The notes below the pieces were generated by a model. That model did not search any database. It saw only the letters and a list, made by a program, of their open reading frames with translations, and had not been told where the DNA came from. Position numbers and translations under genes: made by a program. From contig CAVYKI010000012.1 of the NCBI GenBank assembly GCA_963769025.1, forward strand, positions 352,001 to 416,000: a stretch of 64,000 nt of DNA, in the 5' to 3' direction. Shown piece after piece: positions 55,312 through 64,000 of this stretch; position 1 is the first letter of the stretch; every line of letters starts with the position of its first letter. The stretch is from an uncultured Verrucomicrobiae bacterium (GTDB taxonomy: Bacteria > Verrucomicrobiota > Verrucomicrobiia > Chthoniobacterales > Chthoniobacteraceae).

Positions 55312-55957
55312 CGAGGGTGGCGTAGATTATGCAAAAGGTCGTCACCGCGAGGATCGCGTACGCGATGAGAATCCCGGCAAGCGCAAGGCCTCGCCCCCCG
55401 ATGGCGTCATCCCTTTTCATCGCACTCAGCGCGATGTGGCCATAGAGCAGGGCGAGAGCCGTGGAGAGGCTGATCCCCCAGCCGCACAGGCTCAGCCAGC
55501 GCGGCATCCGCTCCGAGATGAGCACGACGGAGGCGCAAAAAAGGACGGCGCTCAAAATGCCGAACACCAGCGCGGCGACGGCAAGTCCGCTCATCTGCGG
55601 AAGCTCCCCGTGATGAAAAGGCGGCGGGACGGCGCTGGGTGCAACGCCATAAGCCGGTGGCGCAGGCATCGGTTCAGCCCGGCGCTCCGCGAGCTGAAGC
55701 CTGTCCTCCAGCGCGGCATTGCGGTTCCGCTGGGCGCTGAGTTCTCGCTCCAGCTGCGCCTGTTCGTTTGCGCGAGCGCCGCGCTGGTTCGATTCGAGTT
55801 GATCGATCCATTCTCCGACCGGACGCCAGCCGTCCCCGGCCTGGACGCGGTGGAGACGGCTGATCTCGCCCGCGGCGAGACGCGCCCGGATATCCGTCAG
55901 GGTAAAGCTCCCCAGCACACGCCCTTTCCATTCGATTTCAAACGTCTGAAGGTTCAT
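55286..55957 (-). CDS. GYF-like domain + coiled coil + Pro-rich linker + DUF4190-like membrane domain
   Basis: Start at 55957 (ATGA overlap). WKGRVLGSFTLTDIRARLAAGEISRLH..GW; SGLAVAALVFGI...GHIAL...GRGLALAG. Confidence 0.78.
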   Translation of the reverse strand: MNLQTFEIEWKGRVLGSFTLTDIRARLAAGEISRLHRVQAGDGWRPVGEWIDQLESNQRGARANEQAQLERELSAQRNRNAALEDRLQLAERRAEPMPAPPAYGVAPSAVPPPFHHGELPQMSGLAVAALVFGILSAVLFCASVVLISERMPRWLSLCGWGISLSTALALLYGHIALSAMKRDDAIGGRGLALAGILIAYAILAVTTFCIIYATLDDYRPFNR

Positions 55958-58932
55958 CGCTTTGGTGCCACGAGCGGGATTTTTTCCATCATTTCCGCGG
56001 GCAATTCTCCGAGGTAAAACCCGCGCGCAATGGCGAGAAGGTCGGCGGTTTTCACAGGGACGAAAACCACGGGTGCGAGCGGATGCGCCGGTTTCGCATC
56101 GAGGGCGACGAGCTGCGCATTTGCGTCGAGCGTCCACAGCGCAAACCCCGCGCGCGCCTCGCCGCGCAGGACGGGCTTTCCGGTCGCATCGATGTAGCCG
56201 CCGAGCGTAAGCCCGGCCTTCATCACCCCGGAGATGATGGAATGCGCGGCGCGCGCCTCGGCGTAATATTTTCGGGTCGCGCAGCGCTCCATGAGAGGTT
56301 TGAGCGCCGCATCGCGGGCGGACAGAATCCAGTCCGAACTGCGAGGCGCGGAGTCTGCGACGAGGGAGCGGAGTTCCGCGATATCGGTGCGGAGACTGCG
56401 ACAATAGTGAAGCCCCCACGCGTTGGGACGAAAATCGGCGACATACGCGAGCTTCGCCAGGAGGTAGGCGCGGAAGGACGGCGGCGTCTTCGTGAGCGAT
56501 GCGACGCGCTCGAATTGCCGGAGCAGCGGCAATTCGTACTTCGCGCCGTCGGCATCCGTCATCCGATCGAGATCCAGTGATCGAAACGCCGCCGTCGCGG
56601 GGCTTTCGCGGATATCCGTCAGTTCGTCGCCCGCACGGCCTGCCGGCAAAATGCGGAGCGTGAAAGTCGTGTTGTGGAAATTCACCCCCGGCAGCTTGTC
56701 CTTCGGATCGAAAAACTTTCCGCTCCACGAACGGTTCTGAACGCCGGCATCGCCCGTCCCGGAAGGCTCGCCGATTTTCCCCTGGGTGAAAACTTTCCGC
56801 CGCCCGCCGGCGGCGCTCACGACCGTCGCTTCGTGGACCGAATTCAGCAACGGATCGTCCCGGAGCGCAAAAAAACCGTTCAGCTCCGCCTCCAGAACAT
56901 TCTTCGGCTTCCACGGGTCCGCCCCATCCTTTTTCACCGCCTGCCAGGCCACCGCGTCATCCGGGATCAAGAGCGCGGCCAGCAGCGCATCCGTCGTTGG
57001 GAATTCCGCCGCGAGCTTGCCCGCAGCCTGGACCTCGGGTGAGGCGGAAAGCTGCGAGGCCTTGAAGGCATCGAGCGCCGCACGATACGCCGCAAGATCC
57101 GCGGCCTTCAGCAGCCCTTCGCGATACTGCGCCAGGGTGTCGAGTTCGCCGCGGATGAGATTTGCCCGCTGGCGGACTGCGGTGAAGCGCGCCGCGAGCG
57201 CAGCAGGAAGAGCCAGGGCTTTGAGCGGAGGATTCACCCGGGCCTCGAAGGCGCGCAGTGCCGGTTCCATCTCTGCCATCGTTGCCGTCAGCGCGTCCGC
57301 CGGGGCATCCAGCCGCAGCTTTTCCTGCACCTCGGATTCAAAATGCGCCAGCTCGGCATCCGCCGTGCGCGCCAGGCTCTCGCGCTCCACTGCCACCCAC
57401 GCCTCGAACAACGTGCGCGCGGCATCCAGCCGTGTCTGCAACCCCAGGCGCAAACTCTTCGGAAGCGACCCGATCTGGCCTGCGGTGATGTCGAGTTGCG
57501 ACGACACAGCGGATGGATCCACGGATACAAATTTGGCCGCGCTCTGCTTTTCGATTCCGGCGAGCAGGCCGTCCGCATCGGCCGCCATGCGGCGAGAGTC
57601 GCGGGTCCAGGCTGTTGTTTTTTCGATCTGCGCGTGGAGCTGCGGCCGCGCCGCCAGCCCGGGCCGGTCTGCGCGCAGCGATGCGGCCAGCCGCTCCGCC
57701 GGCTCGATTTCACCAGCGGCCTGGAGATGCGCGAGCTGCTGTTGAAAATCGCCGGCGCTCTGCGCACGCCACCACCACCACCCGGCTCCGCTCACCACGA
57801 TCAGCCCCACGGCCGCAAGCAGGGTTATTTTCACAACGCGCGCACGCTGGAGGCGCTGCCGTTCCGCGCGCACCGCCGCAGCGGAGGTGCGCGCCGCGTT
57901 CAGGATTTCGTCCCTCACGGGACGCCCAAACGCTTCGACTTCCTTCCATGCCCGTTCGAGCCCCAGAAGCATCTCCGCGGAGTCTGCCGCGGTGAGCGGC
58001 TGCCGCGCGCGGAGCCGCGCCCCGGCTTCCGCAGAGAGACCACTCAGGCGGGATGCGGCACTTGCAAAACGCGCTTCCTCCTCGGCCGCAGCCCTCTCGC
58101 GGTCCACCCAGCTTTTCGTGCTCTGAAAAACATCGCCACTTTCGCCGCTGAGCACAAACCCATGCTCCTCCGCGAGTGCCGCCATCCGCCCGAGGATCGC
58201 AGCCGCCCCGCGCCAGTCCCCGGCTTCCCGCAAACCCGCCAATCCCCCCGCCGCCTCGCGAGCCTCCGCAGCGGCAGCCCGCGCAAGCGCCTCGCGGCGG
58301 AGACCGAGGGCACGGTCGTAATCCGCGGTCCCCTCCAGTTCGCGCGCCGCGGGGATGCGCTCCAATGCGTCGAGCGTGGCAAGCGTGCCCGCCTCATCCC
58401 CGGCTTGCAGGCAGCCTTGCAGCCGCGTCTTGAGCCCTTGGAACGCCTTGTTCTCCAGCCGCGCGAGTTCCAGCTTCGCATTCGCATCCGTGGGATTCAG
58501 CCGCGCGATGGTGCGGATGATGCCGAGCGCCCGTGTGTCGTCGCGCGCCGTGACCGCCGCGCGATAGTCGCGATACAGCAGATGATTCGCCGAAACGCCG
58601 CGCCGGTAAAGCGCATCGAGCGCATCCACGGCCCGCGAATCAAACGGCGGCGCAAACGGAAGCCCGAGCTGCGCGCACACATCCGCCCACTTCCGCGCAT
58701 CGGCAAAGCTGAGCGCCGCCAGCAGGTCGAGCAACGGCGGCTCCGCCTCGGCAAGTTGCAGCGTCTGGTACTCGCTCCCCTTCGCCAGCATCGCCGCGCA
58801 AGTATCCAGCCGCGCCACCGCATCCGCGCACGCCCCGCTATAATCCGCCGCCAGCGTCTCCACCGCGACCCCCGGCGGATTCCCCGCGAGGTAATCTCGG
58901 ATGTGACGGATGAGTTTGTGGACGTTGTTCAT
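55954..58932 (-). CDS. Large bitopic membrane protein (~990 aa), helical N-terminal cytoplasmic part
   Basis: Start MNNVHKL with ATGA overlap; single TM ITLLAAVGLIVVSGAGWWWW near residue 370; no catalytic motif recognised. Confidence 0.8.
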   Translation of the reverse strand: MNNVHKLIRHIRDYLAGNPPGVAVETLAADYSGACADAVARLDTCAAMLAKGSEYQTLQLAEAEPPLLDLLAALSFADARKWADVCAQLGLPFAPPFDSRAVDALDALYRRGVSANHLLYRDYRAAVTARDDTRALGIIRTIARLNPTDANAKLELARLENKAFQGLKTRLQGCLQAGDEAGTLATLDALERIPAARELEGTADYDRALGLRREALARAAAAEAREAAGGLAGLREAGDWRGAAAILGRMAALAEEHGFVLSGESGDVFQSTKSWVDRERAAAEEEARFASAASRLSGLSAEAGARLRARQPLTAADSAEMLLGLERAWKEVEAFGRPVRDEILNAARTSAAAVRAERQRLQRARVVKITLLAAVGLIVVSGAGWWWWRAQSAGDFQQQLAHLQAAGEIEPAERLAASLRADRPGLAARPQLHAQIEKTTAWTRDSRRMAADADGLLAGIEKQSAAKFVSVDPSAVSSQLDITAGQIGSLPKSLRLGLQTRLDAARTLFEAWVAVERESLARTADAELAHFESEVQEKLRLDAPADALTATMAEMEPALRAFEARVNPPLKALALPAALAARFTAVRQRANLIRGELDTLAQYREGLLKAADLAAYRAALDAFKASQLSASPEVQAAGKLAAEFPTTDALLAALLIPDDAVAWQAVKKDGADPWKPKNVLEAELNGFFALRDDPLLNSVHEATVVSAAGGRRKVFTQGKIGEPSGTGDAGVQNRSWSGKFFDPKDKLPGVNFHNTTFTLRILPAGRAGDELTDIRESPATAAFRSLDLDRMTDADGAKYELPLLRQFERVASLTKTPPSFRAYLLAKLAYVADFRPNAWGLHYCRSLRTDIAELRSLVADSAPRSSDWILSARDAALKPLMERCATRKYYAEARAAHSIISGVMKAGLTLGGYIDATGKPVLRGEARAGFALWTLDANAQLVALDAKPAHPLAPVVFVPVKTADLLAIARGFYLGELPAEMMEKIPLVAPKR

Positions 58933-61917
58933 TGAATCTTGAAAAGAACGAGTGTCAGCCAAGGTGCGTTGCCTGACGGCTGAATCAGGAGGCGATATTC
59001 ACCCGCCGGCAAAACATCCTTCATGTGCAGCGGATGATCCCTGAGTGCGGCTAAAATCTTTTGCGACTCAGCGGCCTTCTTGGCTGCTGTCTTGCCCAGC
59101 TCCGCCTCGTTCTGTAACGCAACGAGAAGATTCTGGAGTTCTTTCAGCCGGTCAATTTTTTGGTCACGGATTCTTTTTAGGCTCTTCTTCTCATCATCAT
59201 TTTTTCCCTCTCCCATGCGCGACTTCCAACGTGCTATTGCTTTATCCACCGCTTCGACGGCACCGGGAATAACACTTGGTAGTGGCTCGTTCGCTTTCAG
59301 ATTCAAGAGACTCGTCCCGACGTTGAACAGCGCCTCGTACTCGCCAGAACTTCCGTAGGATTGCAGATGGCGTCCAAAGGTGTCGGGTTTGATCGGATGC
59401 GAAAGCAGCGGGATCTCCGAAACTTGGGCGTCAGGTTGCTTTTTCTGTCTGGCTTCTTTCTCCGCCGCTTCGCGCCTCTGCTTATTTTCCTGTTCGATGA
59501 CTTTGTTGATCGGCTCCAAAGTCGCAACAAGGTGCTCGGACGGTTTTCCATCAACAATTGCCTGCTGGTCCTGATAGCTTTTCTTCTCGGTAACGATGCG
59601 GTTGTTCAGTGCGGTCACAATCCCTTCAAGCGAGGCCGAACCAGATGCTTCGACCGGGATGCGATGCTTTTCAGTTGGGATCTGCGGCGAGCAGGAACTC
59701 GGTAATTCCAAGACTAGCATTGGCGCTAGAGTTCTCGCCTTTTCGCACAGATCGAGCGCTTCGCTGCTCATGATGCGCAAGCGGTCGTTTTCGCGCTGCA
59801 AGCCGCCTTTTTCCACCACACGCAGCGGCGCAGGATTGTCAGCGAGAGTGACCCAAGCGGTAAGCAAGCACTTACCGCCCATCTGCAGTCGCAATTCGTA
59901 TGGTGGGGCCAGTGATGCCTGGCCTGCGGAGAACTCACCGCTTTTCTCATTCCAAACAAACGCCTTCTTTTGGTCGGTAACCTTGAACAAAAAACCGTCC
60001 CCTTGCCGTTTGAGTACCATTTCCATTGCCTTCGGCACCTGGTGTTTTCAGCCACGGCTCGGCTCCGGACTTTTTCAGTTCAGCGGCGAACACTTTCCAC
60101 TCTTCAGATTTCTCCGGGTTGAGGACGATCATCAAATCTCCCTCGAAGCGCTTCTTCTCTTCGGAGCTTTTCTTCTCTTTGGAGCTGTCCGGTTCCTGTT
60201 TTTTTGGGTCGTCCGCTGCAATTGCTCGCTTTGGTGGAGGCTTGCCAGCGTTTGCAAGCGTCACCAGCCAAGCCGGCCACAGGTGGCGGCGCTCTTTGAG
60301 CAGAGCTTCCATTTTTTCGTTATTTCCGTGCGCCGCAACAACAGCTTCCCAATCCTCAATTAGTTTTTCAACTTTCGGCCCGCCTTCCTCATTTCGGAGG
60401 TCGCTCGGCAATGCTTCGAAGTGCTTGCGGAACCAGCCGGGCGTGCGTTCACCCGGCGGGAGTTCAATCGCCGCGAACAGGCGGTCCGCCCACAGCTTTT
60501 CCACGGCATTACGCGTATCCTCAAAAAGATGCGGGGCTAGCCGCTTCAGGAGCTTGGAGTCCGCTTTTTCGATCTGGTCGCGTAGAGCGTGAAGCGCGTC
60601 GAGTTGCGCCGCCTTCACAGGGGACTGTTCTATTTTCAACAACTCCTGCTGGTGGGCGTGGAATTTCCCGTGAAGAGAAAACAACTCGCTCACAGTTTCA
60701 GGAACCGGAAGACCCGTGCCGCCGGCGTTGAACAGGGTAATCGGTTGCTCGGCCTGCGGCAGCGGTGGCGAAAGCTTAGACTTTTGCGTTTTCAACGCTG
60801 CGGCGGTGTCTTCGGTGGCTCTGGCAAGGGCGATGGACGCATCGAGTTTTGCGGCTGGCACCTCGGCGAGTTCCGCCCCGGTCTCATCGCTGAAAACACT
60901 GCGGAATGTGTCCCGGATTTGTTGGCGCTGGTTTTTGACTCCGTCACTCTCCCGCATGATGAAAAACATCCCGCCCGCCACCACTGCGACGATCGCGGCA
61001 GCAAGGCCGATCCAGATCGCGGTGCGGCTTCCGCGTTCACGGCGCGGGCGGGTGGCGAGGGCCAGTTTTTCGTCGAAGAGATTGCCGATTTTCGCGGGCG
61101 CGGCGCCCATCGGGGAGGACATCGGGAAACTCGCGTCATCGGGCACGCGCGAAGTGGAATGGGCACCGGCGGTCTCGAAGGTCTGCGCAGGCGGAATCGG
61201 GAGTGTATGCGGCGCAGTGAGGTCCAGGATGGCACGCCCATTCTCCGCATTTGCACGCAGGGGTGAATCGGCCGGGAGGGCGAGCCAGCGAAAGTCTGCC
61301 AGTTCATCTCCGGTCTGAAGGAAAGTGGTGAATGTCGCCTGCCACGATTGCGCCAAAGAGCGCCCCAGCGATTCGGCGAAGATCGCGAGCACATCGGCAC
61401 CACGCGGGAGGATGAGGCAGGCGGCGCGCGCGGGCTGGAGCAGTTCGGCGTGACGGGATTCGCCCGTGGCAGCCTGCCATGCGGAAGCACGCCCCGGCTG
61501 GCGACGGAAGCGCCCGAGCGCGACTTCGTCTCCGCCATCCAGCCACCGCGGAGCATCGCTCCACACGGGACGCCATTCCATTTGCGCAAGCACATCGGCT
61601 GGCGACGGCGCAGCGGAGCCGAGTGCGGCGATCTCACGCGGTTCGACGATGAGGTGGTGAGCGATGTGGTTCGTGCGGCCGGTGTAGTCGGCTCCGGCAT
61701 CGCGGATGCACGTGAGGACGTGATAGCGCGAGCCTCCGGCGGTGAGGATGCGATGCGCCAGAACCACGCCGCCAGCAACGCGGTCGAACTGGCTGTCGCG
61801 CTCGATGGCGGTGACGAGCAACGGATGAATGGCACGGTGCCGGGCGACCGTTCCGAAGCCGGAGCGGCCTGCTTCGAGCAGGCGCGGCGCGCTGGTGTAG
61901 ATGAGTTGCCAGGCCAT
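58929..61917 (-). CDS. GAP1-N2/GAP1-M-like GTPase-associated membrane protein (~995 aa; probable frameshift at 60045-60048)
   Basis: MAWQLIYTSAPRLLEAGRSGFGTVA..DYTGRTNHIAHH..SWQATFTT; TM IWIGLAAAIVAVVAGGMFFI. Removing one A from the A4 run joins ORF 59947-61917 to ORF 58929-60038 (WLKHQVPKAM). Confidence 0.72.
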
Positions 61918-61925
61918 TTTTTCGG

Positions 61926-63701
61926 TCAGGTCGTCGCGGGAACCATCGCGGGTGCGATGCGGGAGAGCACCCAGAGAGTCGGGATTTCCACCCATCGCGG
62001 AGCGAGCCGGGCGGGATCGGGACCGATATGCTGTTCGCCCTTGGCATCGAGGAAAGTCACGGGCGACGCGCCGAGCGGGCTGGCGGCAAAGAACATCACG
62101 TCGCTGGAAATCGCCTCGGCGTTGGCCACGATTTCGGGCGCCAATTCGAGGAGCAGCGTGCGGATGCGGGCGGAGTTCGCGCGGATGGCGACAATGTCGA
62201 GCCCGCCGGGGCGGACCGGCTCGGCCAACGGCTCGGCCCCGAGCAGGTGGAGCCACGTATCACACTTGCCGATGATGACCGCGAACGGGGTGGCGATGCG
62301 CTGGCCGCTCTGGATGCCGAGGATGCTCTTGAGCCGCGCCTCGGACTCGGCGAGGATGATTTCCTGCTGGTCGGCGCGGCGCTGGAGGAGCTGCGGATCG
62401 TCCGCTTCGCCGATGCGACGGCGAAAGGCGACATTTGTGAGCGGATCGAACAGGAAAAAGAGTCCCGCGGCGGTGGCGATGTGCTGCGCGCCAGGCGAGT
62501 CAGCGCTGTTGCGCGTCGGCTCGAAGTGCTCGCCCGCATTGTCGTAAAATACGAGTGAGAACCCCGGCTCCCCCGTGCGGCTGAGCTGGAAAACGAATGG
62601 CCGGGGGAGCGCCACCTTGCGGCCAAATCGCGGGAGGCGTTCGTACATCGCACCTTCGAGCTGCGTCTTGGCGAGCGCCGCGTCCTGCGGTGTGGCCGCG
62701 GAAAAGAGCTGCGTCTTCATCTCGTTGAGCATCACGTTTTCCGAAGGATCGGCGTCGCGGAAACTGAGGCCGAAGTTCTGGTAAAGCGAGGTGCCGAGCA
62801 TTTTCACGAGCACACTGAGGTAGTAGCTCTTTCCGGCCGACGGCGCGCCGATGATGGAAAAAATGTGATGCGGCAGGTCGAGGAAACCGGGGGGCAATTT
62901 GCGCCGGCAATGCGGACAGGCGAGGTCTCCCGCAGGGATGCCCATGGGATCGAGCGCCTGCCCGCGGTCGTTGAAGCGCGTCGCCTGGAACCTCTGCATC
63001 GCAGCATCCCCCAGCAGCGGATCGCCTCTCAGCGAGTCGTGGACTGCGATGTGCATGACATCGCCGCGATCAAACCTCAGCCAGCAAACCGGGCAGGTAA
63101 ATTCCCCGTACTCCGTGTTGATTTGAGCCGGAGACGCCATCGGTTCGGCGGGTGCCGGAGCGGATTGACCATTCCCCGCCCGAACCGGAGGCGGCAGTAT
63201 GTGCATGATGTCGCGTGCCCGAAACCCCATCGTCTCAAGCCCCGTGGGAAAGACGACTTTGCCCGACGTTCCACCGAGCTGATTCAGGAAATAGGCGAGT
63301 TCCGCAAACCGACACGGGCCATGTTTGGTCTGTGTGTCGGAATCGAAAATGTTCCAGCGCGTGAGATCCAAGCCTGCCAGCCAATCCTTCGGCTTCCTGG
63401 TGGCCCTCAACGCAAGCAGCGAATCGCCGGCGACAATCGTGAAGTCCAATTCTGACTCGATTGGCAGGAATCCCTCGGTGGTGTCCCCGTTCAAACGAAT
63501 CGCGCCGGAAGGGGAAACAGCCATGATCTGGCACCCCTTCTCCCCCCGATGCACCGCGCACCCTTCGCCCTGCGGGGCCGAGGCAAGCGGCCAATCCGCG
63601 CCCTCGCCCGCGGTGATTCGGAAGGGGAAATTCTCGATTTGCTGATGCCGCCCCGTGATGCAATCGAACACCACCACTACCTGTTTGCCGAAGAGATTCA
63701 T
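61926..63701 (-). CDS. TRAFAC GTPase of double-GTPase (DO-GTPase2) type with N-terminal FHA-like, GYF-like and Zn-ribbon parts
   Basis: G1 GAPSAGKS, G2-like KT, G3 FYDNAGE, FLFDP, G4 variant GKCD; CPVC...CPHC. Confidence 0.82.
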   Translation of the reverse strand: MNLFGKQVVVVFDCITGRHQQIENFPFRITAGEGADWPLASAPQGEGCAVHRGEKGCQIMAVSPSGAIRLNGDTTEGFLPIESELDFTIVAGDSLLALRATRKPKDWLAGLDLTRWNIFDSDTQTKHGPCRFAELAYFLNQLGGTSGKVVFPTGLETMGFRARDIMHILPPPVRAGNGQSAPAPAEPMASPAQINTEYGEFTCPVCWLRFDRGDVMHIAVHDSLRGDPLLGDAAMQRFQATRFNDRGQALDPMGIPAGDLACPHCRRKLPPGFLDLPHHIFSIIGAPSAGKSYYLSVLVKMLGTSLYQNFGLSFRDADPSENVMLNEMKTQLFSAATPQDAALAKTQLEGAMYERLPRFGRKVALPRPFVFQLSRTGEPGFSLVFYDNAGEHFEPTRNSADSPGAQHIATAAGLFFLFDPLTNVAFRRRIGEADDPQLLQRRADQQEIILAESEARLKSILGIQSGQRIATPFAVIIGKCDTWLHLLGAEPLAEPVRPGGLDIVAIRANSARIRTLLLELAPEIVANAEAISSDVMFFAASPLGASPVTFLDAKGEQHIGPDPARLAPRWVEIPTLWVLSRIAPAMVPATT

Positions 63702-63858
63702 CCCGTAGGCTGGTTGTTGACCATCAGGCTTACTTCACGCAACCCAAAACTATGGGCTCATGGAAACAATGCGGCTGCGTAACTGCAGCTCACGCAGCGA
63801 AGCGAGCCGGGTGGAATCCGCATTTGGCAATCGCCCACCGTCCCGGCATCGTGCGTCG

Positions 63859-64000
63859 GTGAACAGCGTACCGCGCACAGCATTTGTCCTCGGCGCCGGT
63901 CTCGGCACGCGGCTCCGTCCGCTGACGAACCGGCGGCCAAAGCCGCTCATCCCGGTCGCCAACCGGCCGCTGATCACGCACGCATTCGACCACCTCATCG
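63859..64000 (+). CDS. Nucleotidyltransferase (NTP_transferase/MurU-like), 5' fragment
   Basis: GTG start, then [32 protein letters not shown]; runs off the right edge. Confidence 0.88.
   Translation, partial: MNSVPRTAFVLGAGLGTRLRPLTNRRPKPLIPVANRPLITHAFDHLI

Noticed and set aside
55958..56914. N-terminal extension of ORF 55286-56914
   Set aside because: It overlaps the 990-aa gene in another frame; the ATG at 55957 gives a clean ATGA coupling.
58929..60038. Independent 369-aa gene
   Set aside because: It overlaps the upstream ORF by ~90 nt and is joined by removing one base in an A4 run. Treated as one gene, though two genes cannot be excluded.
1..64000. tRNA, rRNA, transposase or integrase genes
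   Set aside because: None recognised by eye; tRNAscan and Rfam were not run.

Overview
High-GC bacterial DNA. The gene content (autotransporter-repeat giants, PQQ-like propellers, planctomycete-type cytochrome c/WD40 protein, REP style) suggests a PVC-superphylum organism, probably Verrucomicrobiota; this is inference. There are four blocks. (1) 1-29.5 kb is a surface-protein island: a >3,800-aa autotransporter-repeat protein running off the left edge, a ~3,030-aa Ig-repeat/metzincin adhesin and a ~1,370-aa autotransporter. These surround a non-phage cassette of three tail-collar paralogues, a methyltransferase, a GNAT and a DUF6916-like gene. (2) 29.5-42.7 kb holds a MoeB/ModABC-like operon with a methyltransferase/propeller/LamG protein, then sugar-catabolic genes, a sulfotransferase and a propeller protein. 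(3) 42.9-52.5 kb holds an operator-like repeat cluster, ArsR, ROK kinase, an sRNA candidate, guaD, nadC, birA, a sensorless His kinase and a cytochrome c/WD40 protein. (4) 52.7-63.7 kb is the best novel-system candidate. It is a tightly coupled 7-gene operon that joins a double-GTPase/GAP1-N2-type conflict module to GYF-like proteins and a MotA/TolQ/ExbB channel with two ExbD/MotB-like partners, i.e. a possible ion-motor-coupled envelope or defence system. Many single-base frameshifts between ~25 and 48 kb look like long-read errors rather than pseudogenes. All family calls come from motif recognition by eye; no database searches were run.
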